From the sequence record MH243438.1: DNA of 64,000 nucleotides; one strand, written 5' to 3'. Shown piece by piece: positions 8,271-16,674 of the stretch. The position numbers were made by a program, and so were the translations under genes. The notes under the pieces are model-generated. The model searched no databases. It was not told the DNA's origin and was given only the letters and a program-made list of their open reading frames with translations. Origin of the DNA: Escherichia phage vB_EcoM_NBG1. Numbering within the stretch: position 1 is the stretch's first letter; each line of letters begins with the position of its first letter.

Positions 8271-8294
8271 CCAAAAGGAGGACCGGAGTCCTCC
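8271..8294 (-). terminator. rho-independent terminator-like hairpin (GGAGGAC-loop-GTCCTCC then UUUU)
   Basis: 7-bp GC-rich stem followed by T-run on the minus strand, 9 nt downstream of stop at 8303 and ~18 nt before the next ATG. Confidence 0.55.
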
Positions 8295-8302
8295 GTATTA
8301 TT

Positions 8303-8896
8303 TTATTTCAAAGAGTTAATATATTCTTGTACATCAGCAGAAGTGGTTTCGACACCAGCTGGAGTGCCATTGAACGTTTCAACACGAGTCAGAGTGTCTT
8401 CGATATCAACCTTAGTCAGTGCAGCGATTTCAATTACATCATCAGCCGTAGAGATACCAAGGGCATTGGCTGCTCGAGTTTCACGAATGTATTCGAGTTT
8501 GATTGCCAGATTCTGACGAGCATCATCAAGTTCAACCACCTTACGAGCAATTTCAATTCGCATAGCGGCATACCCGTCAGCTTTTGTATTAAGTTGTTCG
8601 GCAGTTCGACGATACAGAAGACCAAGCTTAGCATGCATAGTAACATCTTGTCCTTCAGCCAGGAGCTTACGAATTTCACGTTCCTTAGAAGCGGCTTGCT
8701 TGTTCTTTTCATTAACAAGTTCGCGAATACGTTTTTCTTCATTAATAGATTTAACAGAAGCCGTTTTTAGTTCTTTGATTTGGGTAATCAACTTATCTGC
8801 AGCTGCGTTATACTGTTCTTCGACAGTCAGATTTTTAGCCATAGCAGTACCCAGTTTAGTGCGGATGAATTCAACAAGTTTCTTCAGTGTGTTCAT
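8303..8896 (-). CDS. coiled-coil protein, possibly PspA/IM30-like
   Basis: 197 aa, highly charged helical heptad-like sequence; start at ATG 8896 (MNTLKK) after AAGGT; family assignment is a guess. Confidence 0.3.
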   Translation of the reverse strand: MNTLKKLVEFIRTKLGTAMAKNLTVEEQYNAAADKLITQIKELKTASVKSINEEKRIRELVNEKNKQAASKEREIRKLLAEGQDVTMHAKLGLLYRRTAEQLNTKADGYAAMRIEIARKVVELDDARQNLAIKLEYIRETRAANALGISTADDVIEIAALTKVDIEDTLTRVETFNGTPAGVETTSADVQEYINSLK

Positions 8897-8967
8897 ATTA
8901 TTACCTTTCAATTGGTGGTTTATTATCCAACGAGAGCATTATACTCTGCTCTCAAGAGTTTGTAAAT
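8897..8967 (-). promoter_or_regulatory. sigma70-like early promoter with stem-loop (TTTACA-N17/18-TATAAT; GAGAGCA/TGCTCTC inverted repeat around -10)
   Basis: Minus-strand: ATTTACAAACTCTTGAGAGCAGAGTATAATGCTCTCGTTGG... Confidence 0.55.
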
Positions 8968-9194
8968 TATTTTTTAATCAAATTGACATAAAACTCGGCG
9001 TCTTCCGGGTGCATGCCTTCGCAGTATTCTTCAACCATGAACTTCTTAACAGCTTCATAAGGACCACTCAGATTAAGCTCAGTTGTCCAGAACTTGGAAT
9101 CTTGGGCTGAATCGATACGAACTTCAGGGTGTCGGTTGCGAATAACTTCTTCGGTGTATTCATAATCAACGACATCAATACTAACTTTAGCCAT
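8967..9194 (-). CDS. hypothetical protein
   Basis: 75 aa; SD AGAGGAAA; cassette upstream. Confidence 0.5.
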   Translation of the reverse strand: MAKVSIDVVDYEYTEEVIRNRHPEVRIDSAQDSKFWTTELNLSGPYEAVKKFMVEEYCEGMHPEDAEFYVNLIKK

Positions 9195-9240
9195 TTTGTT
9201 TTCCTCTTGATTTGATGTGATTACTATAACATAAACTTAC
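9195..9240 (-). promoter_or_regulatory. early promoter cassette (TTTACA -35, TATAGT -10)
   Basis: Minus-strand: ATTTACATCTAAGTAAGTTTATGTTATAGTAATCACATCAAATCAAGAGGAAAACAAAATG. Confidence 0.5.
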
Positions 9241-9405
9241 TTAGATGTAAATTATTTCAACGTCACCTTTAGCTGCTTTATAACCTTCAGCCCAAGATAC
9301 AACAGAGTTTTTATCCGAGGATTCAAATTCAGGCATTGGACTTTCACCAATATTCACACAGTATGTTTCTTCATTTTCATCGAACCAAATAATTAAAGTA
9401 GTCAT
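9241..9405 (-). CDS. hypothetical small protein (54 aa), not in the ORF track
   Basis: ATG at 9405 preceded by GAGGAG; translation MTTLIIWFDENEETYCVNIGESPMPEFESSDKNSVVSWAEGYKAAKGDVEIIYI; cassette upstream. Confidence 0.45.
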   Translation of the reverse strand: MTTLIIWFDENEETYCVNIGESPMPEFESSDKNSVVSWAEGYKAAKGDVEIIYI

Positions 9406-9473
9406 TTTGTTTACTCCTCTGTAGTTGATAAGTCTATAGTATCACCGTCCTTGGTGCTTGTACATCGTTATTT
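9406..9473 (-). promoter_or_regulatory. early promoter/stem-loop cassette
   Basis: The 44-nt string tcattttgtttactcctctgtagttgataagtctatagtatcac is repeated exactly at 9402-9445 and 44981-45024. Confidence 0.55.
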
Positions 9474-9779
9474 TTAATTTTTCCAACTTAACAACTTGTA
9501 GTGTCCTTCATTCATACATGGTTTATCCCAAGAAATACTAATATATGATTCACCGTCAATAGAAGTCGCCGGGTTTTTCTCTACCGTAAGACCTTCACTT
9601 TCCAGCCATTCAATAGTATTTGCGCATAAATCGGAAGAACACCTCATCGGAAACCTGCAAGATTTTTCACCTTTAGCTGCAGTGTTATACATCTTTTCTA
9701 AAATACGCTTTTGCACGTTTTTAAAAATAGTTTCAGCAGATTCTTCAGATTTTTTATTCAGTTCAGTGTAAAGACTCAT
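9474..9779 (-). CDS. hypothetical protein
   Basis: 101 aa; SD GAGGAAAA; cassette upstream. Confidence 0.5.
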   Translation of the reverse strand: MSLYTELNKKSEESAETIFKNVQKRILEKMYNTAAKGEKSCRFPMRCSSDLCANTIEWLESEGLTVEKNPATSIDGESYISISWDKPCMNEGHYKLLSWKN

Positions 9780-9840
9780 AATATTTTCCTCATGTTTTTA
9801 TAGGTCTATAGTAACACATCTAGGGAAGAAGTAAACAACT
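9780..9840 (-). promoter_or_regulatory. early promoter/stem-loop cassette
   Basis: Minus-strand: GTTTACTTCTTCCCTAGATGTGTTACTATAGACCTATAAAAACATGAGGAAAATATTATG. Confidence 0.55.
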
Positions 9841-9868
9841 TTATGAAATATTTTTATGCCCTAGATGC

Positions 9869-9897
9869 CAAAAAGCCCCAACCTTTCGGAAGGGGCT
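9869..9897 (-). terminator. rho-independent terminator (AGCCCCUUCC-GAAA-GGUUGGGGCU then UUUUU)
   Basis: Long GC stem with GAAA tetraloop followed by U-run on the minus strand, closing the tRNA/small-ORF transcription unit. Confidence 0.6.
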
Positions 9898-9934
9898 ATG
9901 CCTTGCGGCAACCTTGTCGGGGTTCCACCTGCTA

Positions 9935-10205
9935 AGGCAAGTGTTTGTACGAAACGCCGGGATTCGAACCCGGTTATTAAGCAGTTGACGCTACTCAATA
10001 TTTTTAAAAGGCCATATCTCGACCATATCCGAACGTTCCGTCAAAAACGCTACTCGGCTTACGGCAAATATATTTCCTCGAATCGATAATTCTGTGCGCC
10101 GTTTCTGCTGTGATGTAAGGGGATATTAACAAATCGTAAAGATTTATTAAGACCAGTCCTTACTCAGGGAACATCAGTCCGACGACTTACCGGTAGCGAC
10201 CCGGC
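9935..10205 (-). ncRNA. non-coding stretch with tRNA-like T-arm (CCGGGUUCGAAUCCCGG); candidate stable small RNA or tRNA remnant
   Basis: No ORF with SD; perfect T-arm motif at ~9955-9975 but no acceptor-stem partner found; T4 encodes small stable RNAs next to its tRNAs. Confidence 0.25.
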
Positions 10206-10208
10206 TTC

Positions 10209-10553
10209 TTATTTTGGCATATCATCAATTTGCTCTCGACGCCGACGCCATAGATTAATCGCTTCATTGGCACATTCTGCGTTTGGTATATGACGGCAGT
10301 AATATAATGATTCGCGTTTCTGGAACCGATGTTGCAACGGGATTTCGTTTAAAAGGTCTTTACGGTCAAAGTATTCAAAACTAGTTAACCCAGAACGGTT
10401 TTTAATGAACTTCCAATGGCCGAATTCATTTTGAACATAGATGTAATCTGCATGTTGGTATAACAAATTAATCAATCGGTCTGAAATAACTGTATCATTT
10501 TCGTTAAAATAAAACGTTAAATCATGAACTACCAAATAAATATTGCCTTTCAT
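10209..10553 (-). CDS. hypothetical protein
   Basis: Start moved to ATG 10553 (MKGNIY) after GAGGA, so the gene no longer overlaps the tRNA. Confidence 0.5.
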   Translation of the reverse strand: MKGNIYLVVHDLTFYFNENDTVISDRLINLLYQHADYIYVQNEFGHWKFIKNRSGLTSFEYFDRKDLLNEIPLQHRFQKRESLYYCRHIPNAECANEAINLWRRRREQIDDMPK

Positions 10554-10571
10554 ATTTTCCTCACTTAAAGT

Positions 10572-10648
10572 TGGCCGAGACAGAAGGATTCTAACCTTCA
10601 ACCTACGGATTAGAATTCCGTTGCTCTATACAATTGAGCTATGCCTCG
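10572..10648 (-). tRNA. tRNA-Arg (anticodon UCU)
   Basis: Hand-folded cloverleaf: 7-bp acceptor stem (one GU), D-stem GCUC/GAGC, anticodon stem ACGGA/UCCGU with loop AUUCUAA, T-arm GAAGG-UUAGAAU-CCUUC, encoded CCA. Confidence 0.8.
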
Positions 10649-10654
10649 AATATA

Positions 10655-10728
10655 TGACCCAGACCAGATTCGAACTGGTAACCTTTCCCTTATGAGGGGA
10701 CTGCTGCTAACCATTGAGCTACAGGGCC
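10655..10728 (-). tRNA. tRNA with CAU anticodon (Met, or Ile if lysidine-modified)
   Basis: Acceptor stem 6/7 bp, perfect T-arm ACCAG-UUCGAAU-CUGGU, loop CUCAUAA; D-arm and anticodon stem weaker (3-4 bp); no encoded CCA. Confidence 0.6.
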
Positions 10729-10805
10729 TAAATAACTTTCTATTATGAAAGGCACTTTAGAGCACCTTTGGTAATAGAGGGTAGATTAATAATAACACAT
10801 AATTC

Positions 10806-11321
10806 TTAAAGCAAATCAATCATTTTAACAGTCGGCAAAACAATTTCTTCTTCAATATAAGCGAATTCAACACGTTCAACTACACGCAAGAAATCATAGT
10901 CGTAGTATTCGGAAGCATAGCCAAGAATATCAATAAGTCCTTGAGATATCTCATCGCCTTTCACAAAGAACAGGTCGAATACGCGGGCTTCGTCTTCTTC
11001 AGATTTATCACCAAGGTCTACTTCGATACCAAAGACCTTTTTAATAAATTCCGGTTGGAGTTGGTCTGAGAACAGTCCTTCAACCAAGTATTCATAGATT
11101 AAAAGCGAGCAATCACTGAATGGTGTATTACCACAATAACGTTCGGCTTTAGTGCTAGAATGACGACTCTTAAATTTCTTCAAGAGATATTTAAACTGTT
11201 GGAGCTCATGCTCTTCTACACCAAATAATGTTTTGGTTTTATAGTTGTCGCCGTCATTTTCCCAAGTAGTGACATCAATTACGTAACCCTTAGGAATTGT
11301 ACTGCCTAAACAAATATTCAT
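10806..11321 (-). CDS. hypothetical protein
   Basis: 171 aa ORF with ATG start, immediately upstream of the tRNAs. Confidence 0.5.
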   Translation of the reverse strand: MNICLGSTIPKGYVIDVTTWENDGDNYKTKTLFGVEEHELQQFKYLLKKFKSRHSSTKAERYCGNTPFSDCSLLIYEYLVEGLFSDQLQPEFIKKVFGIEVDLGDKSEEDEARVFDLFFVKGDEISQGLIDILGYASEYYDYDFLRVVERVEFAYIEEEIVLPTVKMIDLL

Positions 11322-11325
11322 TTAC

Positions 11326-11616
11326 TCACCGTACCATATTAATGTAATTATATTCAATGCAACGTAATTTCAAAGGATTCTTGAAAATATCATATTCAAG
11401 AGGGCCTTTTTCTGTTTCAATAAAGAAATCAAAGTTAACTGTGTTAAATTTATCGTCTTCACAAAATAATTTAACCTGTGAAGATGAACGGTCGATATAA
11501 ACCTTTTCAACCTCAAAGTTGGTCAGAATACCGTAGTCATCGACTAGTGCTTTAGCTGCACGTTGATCGCTTTCGTATCCGTTCTCAATAGATGACACTT
11601 TAGCATAAAGAATCAT
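11326..11616 (-). CDS. hypothetical protein
   Basis: 96 aa; ATGA overlap with upstream gene stop. Confidence 0.5.
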   Translation of the reverse strand: MILYAKVSSIENGYESDQRAAKALVDDYGILTNFEVEKVYIDRSSSQVKLFCEDDKFNTVNFDFFIETEKGPLEYDIFKNPLKLRCIEYNYINMVR

Positions 11617-11975
11617 GAGTGTTCCACCACTTCAAAGGTATGAGCATCAACAATATGATACCAGTCAAAATTTTCTTCTGCGTTTTTATAAATTTCACGA
11701 AGAGCCTCAACAGTTTTTCCTGTAGCAACAAGGTCGTCAATACCGCCAAGAGGATAACAGTCGTAACCAGCAAACAGAAGGAAATTAACAGTTTCTGTAG
11801 GTTCTGGATGCAGAACACCGTTATCGTCTACCACTTCAAAGAAAGTGTAAGAAGGAGTACAAGTTTTAATCCAAGCCCATGCTTGAGCTGCTGAATCAAA
11901 TGGTCTGCGTATCAAACGACAATCAGGGTCTTTAGAAGGATTTGCTTCAAAATCAGCATATACGTGATATTTCAT
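11613..11975 (-). CDS. hypothetical protein
   Basis: Start at ATG 11975 (MKYHVY) after AGGTGA; coupled to upstream gene (TAAaATG). Confidence 0.5.
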   Translation of the reverse strand: MKYHVYADFEANPSKDPDCRLIRRPFDSAAQAWAWIKTCTPSYTFFEVVDDNGVLHPEPTETVNFLLFAGYDCYPLGGIDDLVATGKTVEALREIYKNAEENFDWYHIVDAHTFEVVEHS

Positions 11976-11976
11976 T

Positions 11977-12162
11977 TTACTCACCTTTTGCAATTTTATC
12001 CATAACGATAGCGATTAAACCGATTAGAAATGCTACTACCAATGAGATAGAATTTTCTGTTGTTGTCAGTAGTCCACAAATGAATCCTACAAACATCGAA
12101 AAACTAAAAGCCATTGAAGCAATTACTACAGCAACATTACGAATCAGTTCAGCGCGTTTCAT
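11977..12162 (-). CDS. hypothetical small membrane protein
   Basis: Start at ATG 12162 (MKRAELIRN) after GGAG; two hydrophobic segments. Confidence 0.5.
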   Translation of the reverse strand: MKRAELIRNVAVVIASMAFSFSMFVGFICGLLTTTENSISLVVAFLIGLIAIVMDKIAKGE

Positions 12163-12232
12163 TTTATTTCTCCATTTACTCATTTGTTTTGATAGGACTA
12201 CTATAACATAGTCCTATCAGCATGTAAACTAC
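12163..12232 (-). promoter_or_regulatory. early promoter/stem-loop cassette with 9-bp inverted repeat ATAGGACTA/TAGTCCTAT
   Basis: Minus-strand: GTTTACATGCTGATAGGACTATGTTATAGTAGTCCTATCAAAACAAATGAGTAAATGGAGAAATAAAATG. Confidence 0.6.
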
Positions 12233-12520
12233 TTACAGAAGAGTTTTTGCAATAATTTTAAGCTGAGCTACAGAAATATGCTTAGCTTTAAACAGTGCAG
12301 TCTCTTCGGCCGGAGAGATAACAATAGTAGCGCCGTCTTTCTTAGCAGACCATCCATCCCCTAAGTAAACAGTACCTTTTACTTCTTCACCGTCAACCAG
12401 ACTAATCATTGGTTTACCCTCACGTCCTTTATTTGCTTTAATAACTTCGGAAGTAAGGGTTGCTTCGGTCAGAGTAGAAACGTTAGCAACAGGTGATATA
12501 AATTCTTTATAGGTTTTCAT
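12233..12520 (-). CDS. internal-protein-like small protein (MKTYKEFISP...), in the T4 ipI position
   Basis: Capsid-targeting-type N-terminus; lies next to 57B as ipI does in T4; body not recognised. Confidence 0.55.
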   Translation of the reverse strand: MKTYKEFISPVANVSTLTEATLTSEVIKANKGREGKPMISLVDGEEVKGTVYLGDGWSAKKDGATIVISPAEETALFKAKHISVAQLKIIAKTLL

Positions 12521-12597
12521 TTTATTTCCTTGAGGTTGTTTATTTGATAGGATGATAGTAACACACCATCATCCTTATGTAAACTGTTTTGTGAAAA
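12521..12597 (-). promoter_or_regulatory. early promoter/stem-loop cassette (AGGATGAT/ATCATCCT inverted repeat)
   Basis: Minus-strand: CACAAAACAGTTTACATAAGGATGATGGTGTGTTACTATCATCCTATCAAATAAACAACCTCAAGGAAATAAAATG. Confidence 0.55.
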
Positions 12598-13283
<686 letters not shown>

Positions 13284-13287
13284 TTTA

Positions 13288-14022
13288 TTACCTTAAGATT
13301 GTTTCAATTTTAGAATAAAGCTCTTCTAAAGAGCCGTCGTTTGTAATAACTAAATCGCCTTCTTCAATAGGCAACCCAGCTTCTGTAATATGTTTATCAG
13401 TGGATTCCGTACCAGAGCGAACCACATGAATAACTGTAGCACCCATCGCTCTAGCGGTTTCCATTTCATGGACTTGGCGTGTATCGGTCACAACATAGTA
13501 ATCGAAATCACTTCCAATATAATCCATATAGTTTAATGCAAAAAGTTTAACCCAATACATACGGTCAAATAAATTAACGACAACATCCGTACCGAGGGCT
13601 TGCATAAGACGGCGGATTGACCATGTGTCGTTGATATTATTTATAGCTTCACGCAGGGCTTCATATGGTTTAATATCTAGATACGAATATCCACCTTCTA
13701 ACGATGATAATACTTTAACATTATTAATCGGTAAATATTGACTTTGCAAATAAATTAGCGCTTCTTCCAATAATTCAATAACATCCAACTTATTGAGATT
13801 TAATGGTGTTTCACGGTCGTATCCAATGCCTTCAAAGTATTCGTATTTCAACTCTGTGAATACATCAGGATTTTCAGCATGTTTACGCCCCCAGGCTATT
13901 GCTAGAGCGTCTTTAATCGGATACGCCAATTGGTATTTTACGGATTTAAAGTTTGAATTGATGTAATCAGCAGTGGTGTCTTTACCACTACGTTTGATGC
14001 CACTTAAAAAGATTAGCTCCAT
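13288..14022 (-). CDS. 1: deoxynucleoside monophosphate kinase
   Basis: Near-identical to recalled T4 gp1 (IFLSG.KRSGKDTTAD...). Confidence 0.9.
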   Translation of the reverse strand: MELIFLSGIKRSGKDTTADYINSNFKSVKYQLAYPIKDALAIAWGRKHAENPDVFTELKYEYFEGIGYDRETPLNLNKLDVIELLEEALIYLQSQYLPINNVKVLSSLEGGYSYLDIKPYEALREAINNINDTWSIRRLMQALGTDVVVNLFDRMYWVKLFALNYMDYIGSDFDYYVVTDTRQVHEMETARAMGATVIHVVRSGTESTDKHITEAGLPIEEGDLVITNDGSLEELYSKIETILR

Positions 14023-14076
14023 AGGTTTTTCCTCATATAATTTATGAGTGATTATAACATACGGAGCTAGAAGCGA

Positions 14077-14661
14077 TTAACGCAAGGAAGGGTGTCTAGA
14101 AATGGATTTAGATTCGACTGCTTGACGTGGTTGTTGAGATACAATGACTTCACCATCCTTTTCTATCGTCATATACGCATAGTGAATAGTTGCTACGCAC
14201 GTAACGGCAGGGTCAGAGTCTTCGGTGTAACTAAATTCAATTTCACTCAAATCAGAAATCCATGGTTTATAGAAATTCGCCGTCAAAACTACTTCTGTCT
14301 TATTGTTATTTAAAATGTGCAAAGTAACAAACTCAGGACCATCGGAGTGGGCCGTATTATGTCCGGTTATATAGTTATTAGTGCTGAGCATCCATTTATA
14401 CATGTTCAACCAGGACGTCATGTCTTCATCAACTATAAATCGTACAATAAAAGGGTCATATTCAAATGTGGTGCCTGCACGCATTGCACGTCCTAACCCC
14501 ATCGTGCCTGTCACAGTTTCAACAACAGGAATTCTCACACCTGGCAATGGAGCTGTTTGGGCATTGAGCACAAAACCTGAAGTTCGTGTACTATCTGGGA
14601 TATCCACAACAAAGTTTGTTATATTTGTTTGGTTAAAAATCTGTCTCGTTGGACGAGTCAT
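14077..14661 (-). CDS. 3: tail completion / sheath stabilizer protein gp3
   Basis: Synteny (1-3-2-4 as in T4); start moved to ATG 14661 because the track start is GTG. Confidence 0.75.
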   Translation of the reverse strand: MTRPTRQIFNQTNITNFVVDIPDSTRTSGFVLNAQTAPLPGVRIPVVETVTGTMGLGRAMRAGTTFEYDPFIVRFIVDEDMTSWLNMYKWMLSTNNYITGHNTAHSDGPEFVTLHILNNNKTEVVLTANFYKPWISDLSEIEFSYTEDSDPAVTCVATIHYAYMTIEKDGEVIVSQQPRQAVESKSISRHPSLR

Positions 14662-14763
14662 AAGCACCTCAAAAACGCTTTAATAAAAATGCAGTATAAT
14701 GGTTTTAGGTCTCTTCCATTAATCCGGTTCAACAGAATATCAGAAGAACGGAAGAGAATAGAA

Positions 14764-15585
14764 TTAAGATTTCCAAACAGTATTCGCGGAGAAACGTTTT
14801 CCTTTTGACATAAACTGCTGAGTAGGTAACATGATTATGTTAGCCCAGTCTTTAGGAGCTATTTCTGTTATTGTTCCTCTAATGTGGCCTGGCAGGTATG
14901 CTTTAATCATTTTGTCAGCACCTTGAAATCCTTTCACCTTGCTCCAGTCTATCTTCAACTTTGTGTTATTAGTAATAGTGGTTGTGCTAGCATATTGCTT
15001 CAGCAATTCTTCAAGAAACTGTTGTCGTGCTTTAGGTGGGATGTAGTGCAAGTTTAACCCATACATCAAATTATGTTTACCTAATCCTAAATAAATAATC
15101 AAAGGATATCTGTCCCAGTATGGCAGAGTATCTTTATGTTTAGCATCATACACGTAAGTATAAATTTTGCCTGGCGTAGGCTTGACTACTTTATGGCCTT
15201 TTACACTTTTCTTAATTGTTTCAACAAACCACTTAGATGATTTGTTGTTTACTGCTGCGCCTTCATTTCTAATCTTTTCTCGTATTGAACTGCGAAACGA
15301 GTTTATCATCAGAAGTTGACGTTCTTGCTTATTGAGTTTATTTTTAGGTTTAGATTCAAGCGTTTCAATTTTCTGTGCAGTCTTAATAGATGATGCATAT
15401 CTAGACATTGCAGATGTAAATGACGAGTATTTTATTCCTTTTGATTCTGCAAATGCTTTTGCAGTGATTCCTTTCTCTTTAGCTTTCTTGTATTCTAATC
15501 CTATCTCAATCCATTTTCTTTCATTCATAGACTGAGCAATCTTAGGGGCTTGTACGCCTTCAGATATAATTTGGAATATGCTCAT
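14764..15585 (-). CDS. 2: DNA end protector protein gp2
   Basis: 273 aa, synteny and length match T4 gp2. Confidence 0.8.
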   Translation of the reverse strand: MSIFQIISEGVQAPKIAQSMNERKWIEIGLEYKKAKEKGITAKAFAESKGIKYSSFTSAMSRYASSIKTAQKIETLESKPKNKLNKQERQLLMINSFRSSIREKIRNEGAAVNNKSSKWFVETIKKSVKGHKVVKPTPGKIYTYVYDAKHKDTLPYWDRYPLIIYLGLGKHNLMYGLNLHYIPPKARQQFLEELLKQYASTTTITNNTKLKIDWSKVKGFQGADKMIKAYLPGHIRGTITEIAPKDWANIIMLPTQQFMSKGKRFSANTVWKS

Positions 15586-15587
15586 AA

Positions 15588-16037
15588 TTACCCCTTGTAT
15601 CCGAGTTTTCTAAGACCATCTTCGGTTAGAACTCGAAATTTTATATTTCTCTTTTCAGCAACAGCTGAGGCAGCTTTCCATTTGTCACAGTTCACAGACC
15701 AGGTATATATTTCATTCATATAACGTTTCTTTGCTGCGGTAGTAAGATTTGCAGGCTTAATAGGTGGTTGAGTTTCTTTCTTTGGTTTTATTTCTACAAA
15801 GAACTCTTGACCTGATGCATCTTTCATCCATATGTCCATATAGTATCGACGTTTCTTACCTTCTGCGTTACAGAAATATGGAATTACTGCTGTTTCACTA
15901 CCCCATGCAATAATTTCTGGATTTTTATCCAACCATTCGAAAAAGAATTTTTCCCAGTTTGAACGATACGTTATTTTGGTATGGTCTCCACGGTATTTTT
16001 TTAAATTTTTTGGGACCCATTTACCAGAGTAGGCCAT
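15588..16037 (-). CDS. 4: head completion protein gp4
   Basis: Start at ATG 16037 ([11 protein letters not shown]) after AAGGAGGA; the track N-terminal extension runs through the promoter region. Confidence 0.85.
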   Translation of the reverse strand: MAYSGKWVPKNLKKYRGDHTKITYRSNWEKFFFEWLDKNPEIIAWGSETAVIPYFCNAEGKKRRYYMDIWMKDASGQEFFVEIKPKKETQPPIKPANLTTAAKKRYMNEIYTWSVNCDKWKAASAVAEKRNIKFRVLTEDGLRKLGYKG

Positions 16038-16048
16038 GTTGTCCTCCT

Positions 16049-16056
16049 TATAAATA
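16049..16056 (+). promoter_or_regulatory. T4-type late promoter TATAAATA for gene 53
   Basis: Exact TATAAATA ~43 nt upstream of the gene 53 start. Confidence 0.65.
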
Positions 16057-16063
16057 GTATTAT

Positions 16064-16071
16064 TATTTATA
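16064..16071 (-). promoter_or_regulatory. T4-type late promoter TATAAATA for gene 4
   Basis: Plus-strand tatttata = TATAAATA on the minus strand, ~27 nt upstream of the gene 4 ATG. Confidence 0.6.
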
Positions 16072-16098
16072 CCAATTTCATATTGGAAGGAGACTATC

Positions 16099-16674
16099 TT
16101 GTTATTTACATTCTTCGACCCAATAGGATATAGTGCTAAAACAGTTGATAAGAATGCACCTACTATTCCTATGACAGACATATTTCGTAACTATAAAGAG
16201 TACTTTAAGCGTGTTGCTGCCAATTATAGATTACGTTCTTATTATATTAAAGGCTCTCCACGTCCTGAAGAACTAGCTAATATCATTTATGGCAACCCGC
16301 AATTATACTGGGTTCTTTTGATGTGCAACGATAACTACGACCCGTATTATGGTTGGATTACATCTCAGGAAGCAGCGTATCAAGCTTCTATTCAGAAATA
16401 TGCTAATGCCGGTGGAGACCAAATTCTTTACCATATTAACGAGAACCGTGAGAAATTTTACAATTTAGTTTCATATCCAGACGAGCCTTTAGTGTGGTAC
16501 GATAAAGGTGATGAAGCTCGTAAGTATCCGCAATATAAAGGACCTTTAGCTGCAGTAGATATTTATGAAGCGGCTGTATTAGATAACGAAAAACTTCGTA
16601 AAATAAAAATTGTTGCAAAAGAAGATATAAACTCGTTTATTACTGATTTGATTCGTGAGATGGAGATTGCATAA
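16099..16674 (+). CDS. 53: baseplate wedge protein gp53
   Basis: Near-identical to recalled T4 gp53 (MLFTFFDPI.Y.AKTV.KNAPTIPMTDIFRNYK...); apparent TTG start 7 nt after GGAG. Confidence 0.9.
   Translation: MLFTFFDPIGYSAKTVDKNAPTIPMTDIFRNYKEYFKRVAANYRLRSYYIKGSPRPEELANIIYGNPQLYWVLLMCNDNYDPYYGWITSQEAAYQASIQKYANAGGDQILYHINENREKFYNLVSYPDEPLVWYDKGDEARKYPQYKGPLAAVDIYEAAVLDNEKLRKIKIVAKEDINSFITDLIREMEIA

Noticed and set aside
447-9110. Numerous plus-strand ORFs in the track across the early region (for example 447-788, 1533-1877, 2033-2374, 6500-6817, 8252-8770, 8700-9110)
   Set aside because: They lie antisense to tightly packed minus-strand genes that have SD sequences, promoters and recognisable products, and they lack SD sequences themselves; treated as frame-shadow ORFs.
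9935-10010. Possible third complete tRNA around the CCGGGUUCGAAUCCCGG T-arm
   Set aside because: No complementary acceptor-stem strand or anticodon arm could be found within about 90 nt; kept only as a tRNA-like remnant.
14023-14076. Possible middle promoter upstream of gene 1 (TCGCTTCTA ... TATAAT)
   Set aside because: MotA box is a weak match and the spacer is 11 nt; not confident enough to annotate.
16038-16181. N-terminal extension of gene 4 in the track (MSVIGIVGAF...)
   Set aside because: Runs through the gene 53 start and the late promoters; the internal ATG at 16037 has a strong SD.
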